Source: Octopus bimaculoides
Taxonomy: Eukaryota
Direction of reading: 5' to 3'
NCBI RefSeq assembly: GCF_001194135.2
Contig: NC_068998.1
Span: forward strand, 750,528-814,527
DNA length: 64,000 bases
The stretch's first letter is position 1. Each line of letters opens with the position of its first letter. Shown in pieces: positions 1 through 13,842 of the stretch. Under the pieces are notes generated by a model, which saw only the letters and a list, made by a program, of their open reading frames with translations, did not search any database and was not told the origin of the DNA. Both the position numbers and the translations under genes were made by a program.

Positions 1-326
1 AGTGGTGATGGTTTTGATGGCGTTGATGGTAATGCTAGTGGTAATGTTGATGATGGGGGTGGTGACGGTGGGGTGGTTGTGGCGAGGGGAGGGGGCGGTA
101 ATTGTAGTGTTGAAAGGATTAGATGGTAATAGTGGTTGTGGTGGTGATGGTGGTGGGGAAAGTTATGAATGCGATTGTTGTGGCTGTAATGACGGGCGTG
201 TGTTGGTGATGATGATGATGGTGGTGTTGGTGGTGTTGGTGGTGGTGGTGGTGCGTAGTGGCGAAAGAGGTAGCGATAATATATTGGAAGTGGTAACGGT
301 GTTAGCCAGTAATGAAGTGGGTGTTT

Positions 327-745
327 TTATGGTGGCTCGGACATGTTATGCGGATAGACGATGGCCGCATCCCAAGGGACATCCTCTGCGGCGAACTCGC
401 CCAGGGAACGCGACCAAACAGAAAGACCACACCTCCGTTATAAAGATATCTGCAAAAGAGATTTGAAGGTCCTTAGAGTAGATCTCAACAACTGGGAAAC
501 TATAGCTGCAGTGAGAACATCATGGCAGTCAAAAATCAGTGAGGGTCTCCAAGGTTTGGAAATGTCCCTCACAGAACGCACCAAGATAAAAAGACAGATC
601 TGGAAGTGACGCTGTAAACCCAGCGGCGGAGTTTGTGTTCATTCCTTGTGGACGGTCTAACAAGCCATAAACCCGTCGCTGTTCCCGGACACCCTTTTAG
701 AGCGCAAACTCTATGATCTCTCGAGATCGACGGATACCAAGAACA
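327..745 (+). mobile_element. RTE-clade LINE 3' fragment (decayed)
   Basis: Translates LWWLGHVMRIDDGRIPRDILCGELAQGTRP, then after a frameshift RPHLRYKDICKRDLK...NNWETIAAVRTSWQ. This matches the RTE ORF2 C-terminal motif RWLGHV.R...RIPK..LYGEL...GRP.LRYKD. Confidence 0.85.
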
Positions 746-1375
746 AGATAATGGTAGTATAGGTGCTAGTATTACTGGTGATGTGAGTAGTTTTGATGTT
801 ACTAGTATTGATATGGCTATCTTTTCATGATAAGGGATTGCTTTTGTTTTCGGAAAATATATTGTGTCCGGATGCTTATTTGTAGCGAAACGCAAAGTGA
901 CAGGACGCAAAGGGAACACAAACGTAGATTATTGATACGGGCACACACATAAATATCGCTCTGTCTTGCTGCACATACATACATGCATACATACATAATG
1001 TCCGTTAAGGTCTAATACGTTTGGCTGCATATCCCAGTTGGGGAGTTGTGAGTGAGAGAAGAAATGGGAAGGAGAGAGAGGGGGGGGGTGAAAGAAAGAG
1101 AGAAGAGAGCAACGGGTGGAACTGGAAGGAAGAGTCGGGTGGAACAGAAGAGAGATAAAAGACATTCCTAGTTCTTGTGCACTGGAATCTGATAGTTCTA
1201 GAAGCAACATATTCAAAAGAAGAGGTTGCGATAGAAACAAGAGAGAGAGGGGGGGGAGCGAACTGAAAATAATGGTGATATGCTGGGAGAAGGGAGAGGT
1301 GTTATGGAATATATAGAGAGTGGAAAGAGGGAGAGGAGAGGGGGATGATGTATGGAAATACAGTTTGTGCTGGAC

Positions 1376-1408
<33 letters not shown>

Positions 1409-2164
1409 AATAGAGGAAGGGGGAGAAGAAGAACACCAACAATAAGAACAAGTTACAGTGACGAAGAATAATAAAAAGCTTTGTTGAAGAGCAGAAGATG
1501 AGGTTTGTTTGAAAGGAAGGCGACGTAAGATCTCAACACAGAATTAAGACAGATAACGTCTGAGAATGTGAGAATCCGGTGCATGGCTTTCAAAGTAGTG
1601 ATTCGATGGAAGCATTGTTGATTATGTCAAAGAAGATAATTTCGTTCCTAAATTAGCAACTTAATTTTTTAAAAATTAACTGTATTTCATGCATGTTTGA
1701 TGCACTCCCCCCAACCTTCAATAAATGTCTCACCTGAATTCCTGTTTGCGGAGTTGGAACCTCCATAAGATTTAATGTAGTAAAATCTCTTTTTGTTTTT
1801 CTCTGAATATGTTTTGCTGAAATTGAGGGAGCATCTAATGCGTCCGTGTTAGATGTGATTTACCTGTAATTCGTTGGGGAATGACTGGATGTAGCATGTG
1901 GAGAGTAAGCAACGATGATCAGGGTTCAAGCCATGTTTTAGTTTCATTTCATTTTTCTCCGCAAAGGAAAGTGGGATAAAGCGTGAATGTTACAACACTG
2001 ATGATTTGTTTCTTCTTTTTTCTTTTCTATAAAATCTTGCGTCTAAGGAAGAACTCAATACGCAGTGAAAGAGCGAAGAGAGACGAACAAGAAGACTGAA
2101 ATAATCAAGTGGACGATGAGATGATTTAGTCTTGCCCTTCTTCAGCTCAGCTATATATTTTTTC

Positions 2165-2535
2165 TTACTGAAATGTTTGCTTCTCAACCACACGGTTCCA
2201 GGTTCAGTCCCACTGTGTGGCACCTTGGGTGAGTGCCTTCTATTTTAGCCCCGGGTCGACCAAAGCCCTGTGGGTTGATTTGGTAGACAGAAACTGAAAG
2301 AAGCTTGTCGTATATATAAATATGTGTGTGTTTATGTCTGCGTTTGTCATCTGTCACTGCTTGGCAACCGGTATTGGTGTACTTAAGACCCTCGTAACTT
2401 AGCGGTTAGGCAAAAAGAGACCGATAGAATAAGTGCGAGTATTCAAAAGAGTACCGGGGTCGATTCATTTGACTAAAAATTGATCGAGGCGGTGCCCCAG
2501 CATGGCCACAGTCTAATAACTGAAACAAGTAAAAG
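2165..2535 (+). mobile_element. tRNA-derived SINE (long family)
   Basis: B-box-like GGTTCAGTCCC head. The 3' part (cttagcggttaggcaaaaagagaccgatagaataag...gccccagcatggccacagtctaataactgaaacaagtaaaa) recurs inverted at ~58170-58330 and partly at ~15375-15415. Confidence 0.7.
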
Positions 2536-2596
2536 AAAAAGAAAAACCGGCAGAATTGAGAAAGACATCGCAAATATGCGTGCAGCTATGAGAAGG

Positions 2597-3030
2597 AATC
2601 GTCGAATCGCCATGCGTGAGTTATTAGAGAATGTGCAGAGCAGTTAGGGTTCAGTTCAGTGATCCGTGAAGATTTGGGTATGAGACGCGTGTCTGCTGAG
2701 TTTGTACCAAAACTGCTTTCAGCAGACCAGAAAGACAATTGGGTTTCAGTGGCACAAAATCTCTTTGACTGAGCAAGTATAACCAAGCTTTTGGCAAAAT
2801 TTGATGCAGATTCTCTGCTCATTTTTCTCTGTCATGGTCAATGCGACAATCACACGCTACACACCTTCCTCCCAAGCCCTGCTGTAAACAGCAGAAGTGA
2901 GCTAGAACGTTAAAACACAGTGCGTATGCACAGCAAAGTTTCTGGTCAATCTGTACCAAGCGGCGTTACTCTGCGTGCTTTAGGTTCGTTATTATGGCAA
3001 TAGTCCGGATACTTATTGATCATACCACGA
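2597..3030 (+). mobile_element. Internally deleted mariner/Tc1 relic
   Basis: NRRIAMRELL, then REDLGMRRVSAEFVPKLLSADQKDNWVSVAQNLFD* (mariner HTH/linker, W/FVP motif). Mariner-like terminal sequence atagtccggatacttattgatcataccacg at 3000-3029. Confidence 0.75.
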
Positions 3031-3115
3031 ATGTATGTATGCATGTATGTATGTACGCATGTATCTATAAGTGTGTGTGTCTATATATATGTGTGTGTCT
3101 ATATATATGTGTGTG

Positions 3116-3152
<37 letters not shown>

Positions 3153-4066
3153 ATGCATATATATGCATTAATATAACTGCATATATTTATACCTAAATAC
3201 ATATATACATACGTACGTACATACATACATACATACATACATACATACATACATACATACATACACGCATAGACGTTTCTAAATCCATCCACACCCATTC
3301 TTAGACACCTTATCAAATTCAATCTTCTGTTGATTCTTTTTTTATTTCACAGAATTCGTTTATGATCGCAGAAAGAAAAGAAAAACCTCCCACTCACCAC
3401 ACCACATATTTGCACAATCTCATCTACCATCACTACCACCACCACCNNNNNNNNNNNNNNNNNNNNNNNNNNNNNNNNNNNNNNNNNNNNNNNNNNNNNN
3501 NNNNNNNNNNNNNNNNNNNNNNNNNNNNNNNNNNNNNNNNNNNNNNNNNNNNNNNNNNNNNNNNNNNNNNNNNNNNNNNNNNNNNNNNNNNNNNNNNNNN
3601 NNNNNNNNNNNNNNNNNNNNNNNNNNNNNNNNNNNNNNNNNNNNNNNNNNNNNNNNNNNNNNNNNNNNNNNNNNNNNNNNNNNNNNNNNNNNNNNNNNNN
3701 NNNNNNNNNNNNNNNNNNNNNNNNNNNNNNNNNNNNNNNNNNNNNNNNNNNNNNNNNNNNNNNNNNNNNNNNNNNNNNNNNNNNNNNNNNNNNNNNNNNN
3801 NNNNNNNNNNNNNNNNNNNNNNNNNNNNNNNNNNNNNNNNNNNNNNNNNNNNNNNNNNNNNNNNNNNNNNNNNNNNNNNNAATGGAAGAGACGAAGAGAG
3901 AAAGAGGAAGCTGGAAAGTGAGATTCTGTTCTTTACTAAATACGTAATTCCATCTCTTGGCACTTCTCATGTTTCTCATGACAAATTGTTGCCTGAGAAA
4001 TCTACCTGCACAAATATGTGTTTATTGGAAGAATATATTGAAAAGTAGCAATGAAATAACAACAAC

Positions 4067-4128
<62 letters not shown>

Positions 4129-4469
4129 TGATTAAAAAAAATAATAATAATGGTTTCAAATTTTGGCTGAAGGCCTGAAATTTTGGTTGAGGAGTGGGGA
4201 TTGTCGATTACATCGAACTCAGTGCGAAATTGTTACTTATTTTATCGATCCCGAAAGAATGTTACCTTGCTTGTTTAGTCCCGAATAGGTTCTGAAGTCA
4301 AACAAGATTTGTTTAAAATAATCTTTCTATCCTTGATATTCATATCATTGAAAGTTCACTAAATCTGACATTCATACGTTTAATTCCATAAATTTTCATC
4401 TACAGACATTATCATTAGGTGTCATATAGATACTAGAGTTGAATATTTAATCTTAAGTAAATCTTATAT

Positions 4470-4930
4470 AACATTTAAGGATCTCAAAAAAGATCTTCCT
4501 CATCTGCGGAGACCATGTGGCGTGTGGTCGACCAATACAATCCGTCCACTCAGCCGGATCCTCAGTGACGAGAACATGGTACGTAGGGTTTAACTCAGAA
4601 AAGCCAGCAACCTGACCAAACAGTCTGAGCCGGCGCTCCTGAATCATACAAGTAAAAGGAGGCGTCCCAGTTTCTGAGAAGAGCCGTCAGTTCGATACCA
4701 AATCCGACCAATGGTAGCCCATAATTCTGCAAAGTGTCATGGTACCAAAGTTGTTAAGGGGATTCCTAAGTCCCCCCCCCCGGACAGTGCCCAAGTCTCA
4801 CAACGATAGGAGCAGGACAGGGAGGATCAGAGACCTAAAGACCCGAAACTTTGTATCGGTAGCACCAAACATCAGTCTACATCCAAACAGGCCATGCTGG
4901 GTTTGAACGCGAAGAGTCGGAAGAAATTCC
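4470..4930 (-). mobile_element. RTE-clade LINE fragment (decayed)
   Basis: Minus-strand IQERRLRLFGQVAGFSELNPTYHVLVTEDPAEW..IGRPHATW resembles the RTE C-terminus (R.RQLRL.GHVAR.....P....GRP...W). Confidence 0.7.
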
Positions 4931-5030
4931 GCCGTCGGGCATTTACATCTGATGCTCGAACGATTCCACTAATTAGCAGTCAGATGTGTGTGTGTGTGTG
5001 TGTTTGTATGTTTGTATGTATGAATATACA

Positions 5031-5096
<66 letters not shown>

Positions 5097-5413
5097 CACA
5101 CATATATCCTGTATATACATAAGTTTGTATGTATACGCACACACACATACAAGCATATATGCATACGGCTGTGTACTTTCGTACGCGCACATGTTTGTGT
5201 ATAAAGATAGAAGAGCCATACCCCTCGATGTGTGCTTATGAGAGTATGTGATGCTACCCACACCCACACCCACACTAATTTCTCTCCCCCGTCACACCCT
5301 CACACCTCCTTTGCCATTCCTGTCCAACCATACATATATTACCTTCGCTAACTACTTTATGCAGTTTATTCTAATCTTTTGACATTCAAAACTCTTCTCC
5401 CCCCCACCCACTT

Positions 5414-5444
<31 letters not shown>

Positions 5445-5599
5445 TACACACTCATAGAGGCAACCACGTCTTCCATTATCTTCTTCCCTAAACTGATCCT
5501 CTGTTTATAAAGTCTCTCAAATTTCCTACGTATCAATCTCTTCCTCTGTTCCTCTCTCTTCCCTTTCTCTCTCTCTTCCCTTTCTCTCTCTCTTCCCTT

Positions 5600-5651
<52 letters not shown>

Positions 5652-5807
5652 TTTTCTCTCTCAACTATAATAGTTCAATGATGCAAAATTTAACATTCAC
5701 AGTGATCGAATATGTAAGATTTCTTTATGAAGAGGATCCATCCATCCATCCATCCATCTAACAAGCGAAGCGCGGATACTAAAGAACATAGCCATGTATC
5801 AAGTGTA

Positions 5808-5848
<41 letters not shown>

Positions 5849-6178
5849 AGTGTGTGTGTGTGTAGTGTGTGTGTGTGTGTATGTGTGCGTTGTACAGTGC
5901 ACCATCTGTCTAATTCCGTTGGGTTTCAGAGTAATTTGAGCTTTGTCTAATGTCGTGAGGAATGATCAGTAGTAGCAGCAGTGTTACCACCACCACCACC
6001 ACCACCACCATCTTCTTCCTCTTCCTTCTCACATTCATCATCATCTTCGCTCCATCCCATATGTTTCGCGACATATCGACTATCATCTCTGCCACTACAC
6101 CACCACCACCACCACCACCACCACCAAACAATCCCTATTATCCAACAGTTCTTTTTCTACAAGTTTATACCATTCTCA

Positions 6179-6215
<37 letters not shown>

Positions 6216-6614
6216 TGTATACATACATCTCTTCAAATATTCTGCTTGTGCGGAAACGGGCATAAAGCTATCCATGCTAAATATACGATATAAGTAAATG
6301 ATATATTTTATGTTCTATATCGTATCAGGAATATTTTAATACGTTCTTGTTGTATGCAGCTAATATTAGTTGCCTCATTAATCTAATTACTCTTTAATTA
6401 AGATGAAATAAACTTCCATTCTCTTGAGGCTCATTACATAATTACCTGATGAACAACGAAAATATATGGATAACCGTCAGTTGCAACGATGACTATCCAG
6501 TTATTCAATAAACTGAGCTGTTTGCTCACTGAAATAATGTGAAAGTGACTGAGTACTCCACAGACATTTGTTACATTTACAGAATTATGAAGGCAATGTT
6601 TCTGACGAGGCTGG

Positions 6615-6765
6615 ACTTTTGAAATCCAGGAATAATCAAGCCGATAAGCATCCGTACAGTTTCCTTCTTCTCTGTTACGCTGACAGTCTTAGGTCTGTGG
6701 TAAAAGACACATACCCAAAGTGTCACCAGGTGAATTCGAACCAGAGACCGTGTGAATGCAAAACT
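6615..6765 (-). mobile_element. tRNA-derived SINE fragment next to the RLE retroelement
   Basis: Minus strand gttttgcattcacacggtctctggttcgaattcacctggtgacactttggg carries a B-box (GGTTCGAATTC). Confidence 0.55.
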
Positions 6766-7328
6766 CACTCCATATGCAGTTATCCGAAAATGTCATCACG
6801 GTTATATCTACCGATGAAACATGATGTTGTAGCTAGGATCCTGTATAATGAAATCCGTCGGAAGGATAACCCCAAGGACAAAGAAATAAGAACCCACAGT
6901 ATGGTGGAAGCCATAGCCACTCATAATAAAAAGGATTAGTGGTGGAATGTCCCAATGAAAACCTCAATAAAATGCAAACATAATAATAGACCTGACATAG
7001 TAATTTGGGATCGTGAAGAGAAACTATGTGCAGTTGTGGAAATTAGCTGCCCAACAGATGTTAACATAAAGCTGAAGATCAGTGAAAAAGAGAACACACC
7101 TATGCCAAACTATTGAGAAATCTGCAGTTACTATATCCAATTTACAAGTTCCGGTTTATACTTGTAATTATTGGGGCCATGGGATATGTAGCACACTGCC
7201 TAAATACCATTCTTGAGAAATTATGCCTCTCAAAACCAGAAAGGAGAAAGCTAATTCAAAGATTACAGATCCAATCCATCACTGGAACTGTAAAGATCTG
7301 TAAAACTTTCCAGAAGTTTATCATTTAA
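6766..7328 (+). mobile_element. Non-LTR retrotransposon with restriction-like endonuclease (R4/Dong-like), 3' part
   Basis: CSYPKMSSRLYLPMKHDVVA (end of zinc knuckle/RHD motif), WWNVP, RPDIVIWDREEKLCAVVEISCP (PD-(D/E)xK RLE), then IIGAMGYV...QIQSITGTVKICKTFQKF*. Contains a stop and frameshifts. Confidence 0.85.
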
Positions 7329-7661
7329 ATATGAGCATAACTATATATGGAAGTATATGCATGAATATAGATACATAAAGCAAAACATCCATACATACAT
7401 ACATACATACATACATACAAAAACACCGTGTTGATGTTGTTGGACTTCCAATGAAGGAGCATATGTAAAAAGCATGGGGCTTTAGTTCACATGTAATCTA
7501 AACGATTAGGTACGCTAGGTAGGTGCTGTAACGGATTACTAGGGCTCCGAGGTTGTTAGTTATGGAGCCATTGCAGATTTCCGATGTAGCAGATATATAA
7601 TTGTTAAAGCAAGGTAAACATTGCAAGTCATATACATTATTATTATTGGAAGAAGTTCAAA

Positions 7662-7717
7662 GTCTTACAGCTGTTTCTGGGATATCCCAAAGTATGGGAT
7701 ATTCCGTCATCAGAGAC
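7662..7717 (-). ncRNA. Minimal type I hammerhead-ribozyme-like motif
   Basis: Minus strand GUCU-CUGAUGA-C-GGA[AUAUCCCA uacuu UGGGAUAU]CCC-A-GAA-ACAGCUGU-A-AGAC. Core, palindromic stem III, GUA site and 4-bp stem I are present; the base of stem II is irregular (C/A). Confidence 0.55.
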
Positions 7718-8599
7718 AAATAGGGAAAATGAGGTGGGTATGTATATGTATAATATATACGTGTATATATATATATATATATATNNNNNNNNNNNNNNNN
7801 NNNNNNNNNNNNNNNNNNNNNNNNNNNNNNNNNNNNNNNNNNNNNNNNNNNNNNNNNNNNNNNNNNNNNNNNNNNNNNNNNNNNNNNNNNNNNNNNNNNN
7901 NNNNNNNNNNNNNNNNNNNNNNNNNNNNNNNNNNNNNNNNNNNNNNNNNNNNNNNNNNNNNNNNNNNNNNNNNNNNNNNNNNNNNNNNNNNNNNNNNNNN
8001 NNNNNNNNNNNNNNNNNNNNNNNNNNNNNNNNNNNNNNNNNNNNNNNNNNNNNNNNNNNNNNNNNNNNNNNNNNNNNNNNNNNNNNNNNNNNNNNNNNNN
8101 NNNNNNNNNNNNNNNNNNNNNNNNNNNNNNNNNNNNNNNNNNNNNNNNNNNNNNNNNNNNNNNNNNNNNNNNNNNNNNNNNNNNNNNNNNNNNNNNNNNN
8201 NNNNNNNNNNNNNNNNNNNNNNNNNNNNNNNNNNNNNNNNNNNNNNNNNNNNNNNNNNNNNNNNNNNNNNNNNNNNNNNNNNNNNNNNNNNNNNNNNNNN
8301 NNNNNNNNNNNNNNNNNNNNNNNNNNNNNNNNNNNNNNNNNNNNNNNNNNNNNNNNNNNNNNNNNNNNNNNNNNNNNNNNNNNNNNNNNNNNNNNNNNNN
8401 NNNNNNNNNNNNNNNNNNNNNNNNNNNNNNNNNNNNNNNNNNNNNNNNNNNNNNNNNNNNNNNNNNNNNNNNNNNNNNNNNNNNNNNNNNNNNNNNNNNN
8501 NNNNNNNNNNNNNNNNNNNNNNNNNNNNNNNNNATATATACATATGTATGTATATATATATGTGTATATATATATTTATGTATATATATATATATACAC

Positions 8600-8669
<70 letters not shown>

Positions 8670-8944
8670 CGACACAGATACACAAAAATACGTACATACA
8701 TTCATCCATATTTTCCCTTGATGTGTACGCACACAAACACACGGCGAAATCAAGCTGAAGACTTATAGACCTGGACTGGATTGAGAAGAGAAATTGGAAA
8801 GTACTTGTAATCATGCAAAGACAGCAGATAGCATGTAAACAAATATATAATTAAAACAACAACAACAGCAGCAGCAGCAGCAGCAGCAAGAAGAAGAAGA
8901 AGAAGAAGAAGAAGAAGAAGAAGAAGAAGAAGAAGAAGAAGAAG

Positions 8945-9180
8945 AATTCTAAATTTTGGCAGAAAGCCAGCAATTTTAGGCGAGGCGATTCGTCGATTAT
9001 ATCGATCAATGTACTTGACTGGGATTTCGCTTTATCGACAACGGAAAGATGAAAGACAAATTTGACCTAGGTGTGATTTGAACTCAGAACGTAAAGAGGC
9101 AGAACGAATACCGAAAGGGATTTTCTCGATGCGCTAAGGATTCTAACAATATACCACTTTTGCTGCTGCTGCTGCTGCTG

Positions 9181-9228
<48 letters not shown>

Positions 9229-9379
9229 ATAATAATAATAATAATAATAATTCTTTCTGTTATAGGCACAAGGCCTGAAATTTGGTAGAGGGGGATAGTC
9301 GATTACATTGATCCCAGTGTTTCACTGGTTCTTAATTTGTCGACCCCCGAAAGGATGCAAGGCAAAGTCAACCTCGGCG

Positions 9380-9380
<1 letters not shown>
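8945..9380 (-). mobile_element. Two tandem short tRNA-derived SINE copies with (GAA)n and (TAC/TAA)n tails
   Basis: Shared core aaggcctgaaattt...gtcgattacat.ga.cccagt....actggt.ctta.ttt.tcgaccccgaaaggatgaaaggcaaagtc.acctcggcggaatt. The same core is seen at ~4150, 47720 and 49190 (-) and ~36480, 37530, 41060, 52455, 57860 and 58755 (+). Confidence 0.8.
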
Positions 9381-9433
<53 letters not shown>

Positions 9434-9434
<1 letters not shown>

Positions 9435-9935
9435 TTGGGAAAATGAATACAGTAAGCTAGCACGAAAAGAGTATAAATGCAGGCAAGACTGTCTTTAAGA
9501 GAATACACTAGAATGGAAGCCAAGTTTGTGCATATGAAATGTTAGAAAAGTGGTATAAACACGAAGCTGAAGCTACCAAAGTGAATGATAAGTACAGAAT
9601 TTTGTGAGATCTTTCAAACAGACTGATCATACCACTGAAGCAAAGAGGCCAGGCAAGTGCATAAACTTTGCACTACGATACGATAGTAGTGCAAAGACTA
9701 TGATAGAAAAGTGGATACGAAGTTAATAGCAAAAACTGAGAAGAATGAGAACCTAATCAGCGAATTGAAAAGATTGTGGAAGACAAAGATGACAATTATT
9801 TCTTGGCTCCCAAATTGCCTGGCAAGCGGTTGAAGAATACCGGAACTGAGACACACATTGTTGAACTATCCAAAAAGGACCATCCTGCATTTTGCAAGAA
9901 TCCGAAGAAGAGGTTTTGAGATTTGAAGAGACTCG
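9434..9935 (+). mobile_element. 5'-truncated Dong/R4-like RLE retrotransposon between (TAA)n arrays
   Basis: SKLARKEYKCRQD, EKWYKHEAE, NDKYRIL*D, QTDHTTEAKRPG, LISELKRLWKTKMTII. (TAA)n lies directly 5' (9381-9433) and again at ~10050-10140. Confidence 0.8.
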
Positions 9936-10049
9936 TTACCAAATATCAGGATAACATCCTTGCTAATTAAATTTACTAATAATAACTTTCCTATAACAAC
10001 ATCAATAATAATAAAAACAACAATAATAATAACAACAACAAGAACATCG

Positions 10050-10140
<91 letters not shown>

Positions 10141-10834
10141 TAATGGTTTCTAATTAAGGCACAAGAACAGCAATTTCGAGGGTAGGATTTGACTCTATAA
10201 CGAAATAATCTTATTGCTTAGTTATGTTCAACAATTTCTCTGATGAGAACATCTTGAGGAATTGGACGTTCTACCTTTCTCTAATACATCACGTCGTCTC
10301 TTCTGTACCATTCTTGGTGCTTCTATTCTGGTCTTTCAAGTATAAGAGACCACGTAACAAATAAATAAAGATGACACATTATGTAAGAGTCGTCATTTAA
10401 TTTTCGCTTATCAACTAATTTCATCAGGCGAATCTCTTTCATTTACATGCCTGAACATAATTAGCCACCTAACAACTTAATCGCAATTAAGGTTATTCAA
10501 TGTGGGATTACACTATAGACGCCTCCTCCTCCCACCGCTGCTGTCGCCGCCACCGCCGCCGCCACCACCACCTTTACTTTATTACACCTTAACATTCTTC
10601 TTGTGATGCTAGTAATGGAATATCACGTTTCAGAGTCTTGTTTACCGTTTTCTTATTTGCTTTTTGTTGTTGTTGTAAGTTTTACAAGAGATTTTCAGAA
10701 ATATGGATTCAGAAACATTCCGATCGACCACAAAACTACAAAACGAAAACTTTTCCCCCTGGAAATCCAGTTATTTCTACCAATTTTATTATGTTGACAT
10801 TTTTTTTTCTCGTCGTGTTTAATCAATCAACTAG

Positions 10835-10897
<63 letters not shown>

Positions 10898-11305
10898 CAG
10901 CAATGATGTTATTGGTTGTTTTATACGGATTCAGAACTTTGCGTGTTTCACATCTCTCAGACATTTCTCATGGAAGATTGCAGTAACGTTGTCAGCAGAA
11001 AGAGACTTGGAGAAAGATGTCTTCCTCAATCCACAGATATCGTAATATGGCAGCCAAATTTATCCCCAAGCAACAATTTCTTTATACCGAAGTAAGCTTC
11101 ATGTCTGCTGCAGTTATGTAGGCTTCTAGAAGAGAAAACATCCAAATTCTATCTGACACGTGTTGAAGTTCTCTAACATAAGTTAGAGATCACGTTGTGT
11201 AAATATCTGATATTGCCGGTTAACGATCGTTAGAACACTCACAAACACAATATCTAAGTACGTATATCAATGTGCGTAACACAACATACATGCACGCATT
11301 CATTC

Positions 11306-11341
<36 letters not shown>

Positions 11342-11968
11342 ATAAAGAGAGAGGAAGGAAGGAAGGAAGGAGTGTTGATATTGTTGCTGTTATAATTAGT
11401 TTTGCGAAATAGAGATGAAATGCTTATGGCGTGACACATTTCAGTTGTTGGCGTTTCGTTAAACTCAAGGGTACTCAACCAGGGTCCATATCAGATTTTT
11501 CCATTAAATTTCACCTACAAAAGAAAATAATATTTTAACAATTCTTATACATTTCCTAAAAGTATTTAATCAATAAAAGTATATGATTTTTTAAATATCG
11601 AATGACCAGAAGAGTTAATCCCATTAAAATAGAAATGAACAGAGTCCATGGGTAAAAAATTGTTGAGAAAAACTGGTGCAGGATTGTGTAGGATTGCGTG
11701 GTGTGTAGAACTGCGTGTTAGCAGCGACATTTAGGCCAGTTTGTTGGCTTTTTGGGCTATTTTTTATTTTGATATGTCAAAGGCTTTTGATATTGTAAAC
11801 GGAATTTTTGTTGCACGTTTCCAGAAAGTGTTTTTTCATCTAAATTTGTGTGTTTCTTGTGACAGACAGAGAGACAGATAGAGACAGTGACAAACAGACA
11901 GAGATAGAGACAGAGACAGAGAGGAAGAGACAGAGGGAGAGAGAGAGAAAGAGAGAGAGAGATAGGGG

Positions 11969-12006
<38 letters not shown>

Positions 12007-12289
12007 GGGAGGGAGAGAAAGAGAGAGAGATTGTGTTTTCCAAACACATTTGAGCGTCTATGCAAAGTTCTCGACTAGCGAACACTTTGGTTTCGCTTGT
12101 ATGGATGCAAGGCATGGACCTCACACGCGTTCCTCTGGAGGATTAGCATCCAATATCTCCATATTGTGTTTTCAGTCACTTGGTGATGAGATGCGATAAC
12201 ACTTCAAACAAACACCAACAACATTGATTGCACTCTGTACGTCACTGAACATCTGAGAGAACTCAGGCAGAAATGACCGGCAGAATCGT

Positions 12290-12600
12290 CGACGATCAAC
12301 GACAACAGGTCAACGCTGGATTGGGAAAGCAAAGAAATTCGAAGCAAATTGAAGACCATTTTGAAGAGGAGCAACAACGAACCGTCAAAGAAAGAGAATA
12401 TCGTTCTATGTCGGAAGGAGATGAAAGGCATAGAGAAGTAATCCTGTCAAGAGTACAAGTAGGGGCCAGAAAAGGAGTAATTAAGAGTAGTAACTGACGA
12501 GTCTCTGCAGCCAAATAGTAACATTTTTGGTTTGGACCAGAGATGGACCTCAAAGATTGAGATGTAAAGTCACATTGGAAGGAGGGGACGGCCTTCTTTG
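12290..12600 (+). mobile_element. Possible highly decayed RTE LINE fragment
   Basis: Stop-riddled frame RWIGKAKKFEAN*RPF*RGATTNRQRKRISFYV loosely resembles RTE RRIG.AK..F..M..IL.N..I...K.R...CYV. Confidence 0.3.
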
Positions 12601-13244
12601 GATCTGATGGATAGGCTTATGAAAGGACGCGCACTATATAATAGTGTGTGTGTGTGTGTGTGTGTGTATGTATGCACGCATGCATATATGTATGTACGTA
12701 TGCATGTATGTATGTATTATGCATGTATGTATGTATGAAGATATTTATGTATATAGTGCAAGTATATACAGTACATCGTAGTGTGTTTAATAGTCGTTTA
12801 TATGATATGTAGTATTGTATTGTGCATAGTAGAACATAAGGTGTGGTGATGTGTTGTGGTTCAAGCGGCAGTACTAGTGGTAAGGATGTTTGTACGATTA
12901 CGTTAGCGCGTTATGTTACAATGGTATGTCACAGGGCAATGTACGGTGTTAAGTTACATTGGAAGGTGGCAGTGGTAGTTTATAGTGGGGTGTCACAGTG
13001 GTATTATACAGTGTATTTTACAGTACTGTGTTACAATGCTATATTATATGGTATGTAACAATAGTGTGTTACAGTGATGTGTTACACCGGTAGGTTATTG
13101 TGGTCCAAAACTAACATCAAAGACCCACTCTTTTCCGAAAGTGCGAACAAAAATATAAAAATAAAAACTTTTTCGAATACAAGCACTCACACATGCACAC
13201 GCGCGCGTACACACATCCACATATACATGTATATGTACAAATAC

Positions 13245-13289
<45 letters not shown>

Positions 13290-13311
13290 TGTATCTATCT
13301 ATTTATCTCCC

Positions 13312-13369
<58 letters not shown>

Positions 13370-13416
13370 CTATATATATACATATATATACATACATTCA
13401 TGTATGTATATATATA

Positions 13417-13461
<45 letters not shown>

Positions 13462-13568
13462 CAAAGAATATATATACATGTATACACACATATATGTACA
13501 TACTTACATCTACATGTGTATATACATGCATATCAGGGTANNNNNNNNNNCATGTATGTATATATATA

Positions 13569-13613
<45 letters not shown>

Positions 13614-13809
13614 CAAAGAATATATATACATGTATACACACATATATGTACATACTTACATCTACATGTGTATATACATGCATATCAGGGTACAGGACGT
13701 TAGAACAATAAACTACAGACAACGGAACGAACACATAGGAAAACGGAAAGCCCCTTGGAATATCCCTTCATCAGCTGTCTCTATTCTATCTAGACGTTTC
13801 GAAGACCAG

Positions 13810-13842
<33 letters not shown>

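Noticed and set aside
2-330. Val/Gly/Met-rich ORF
   Set aside because: Degenerate (GGT/GAT)n low-complexity DNA.
3255-3325. Minus-strand UUGAUAA...GAAACGUC; similar partial cores at ~6445, ~10420 and ~22988
   Set aside because: Stem I and/or stem II do not form, so these cannot be distinguished from chance.
13400-13690. ~140-bp direct duplication on either side of a 10-N gap
   Set aside because: Typical unmerged contig overlap, so most likely an assembly artefact.
13755-13808. Minus-strand GAAACGUC followed by CUGAUGAAG (permuted hammerhead-like)
   Set aside because: Stems I and II cannot be closed in any topology; at most a degenerate PLE-terminal fragment.
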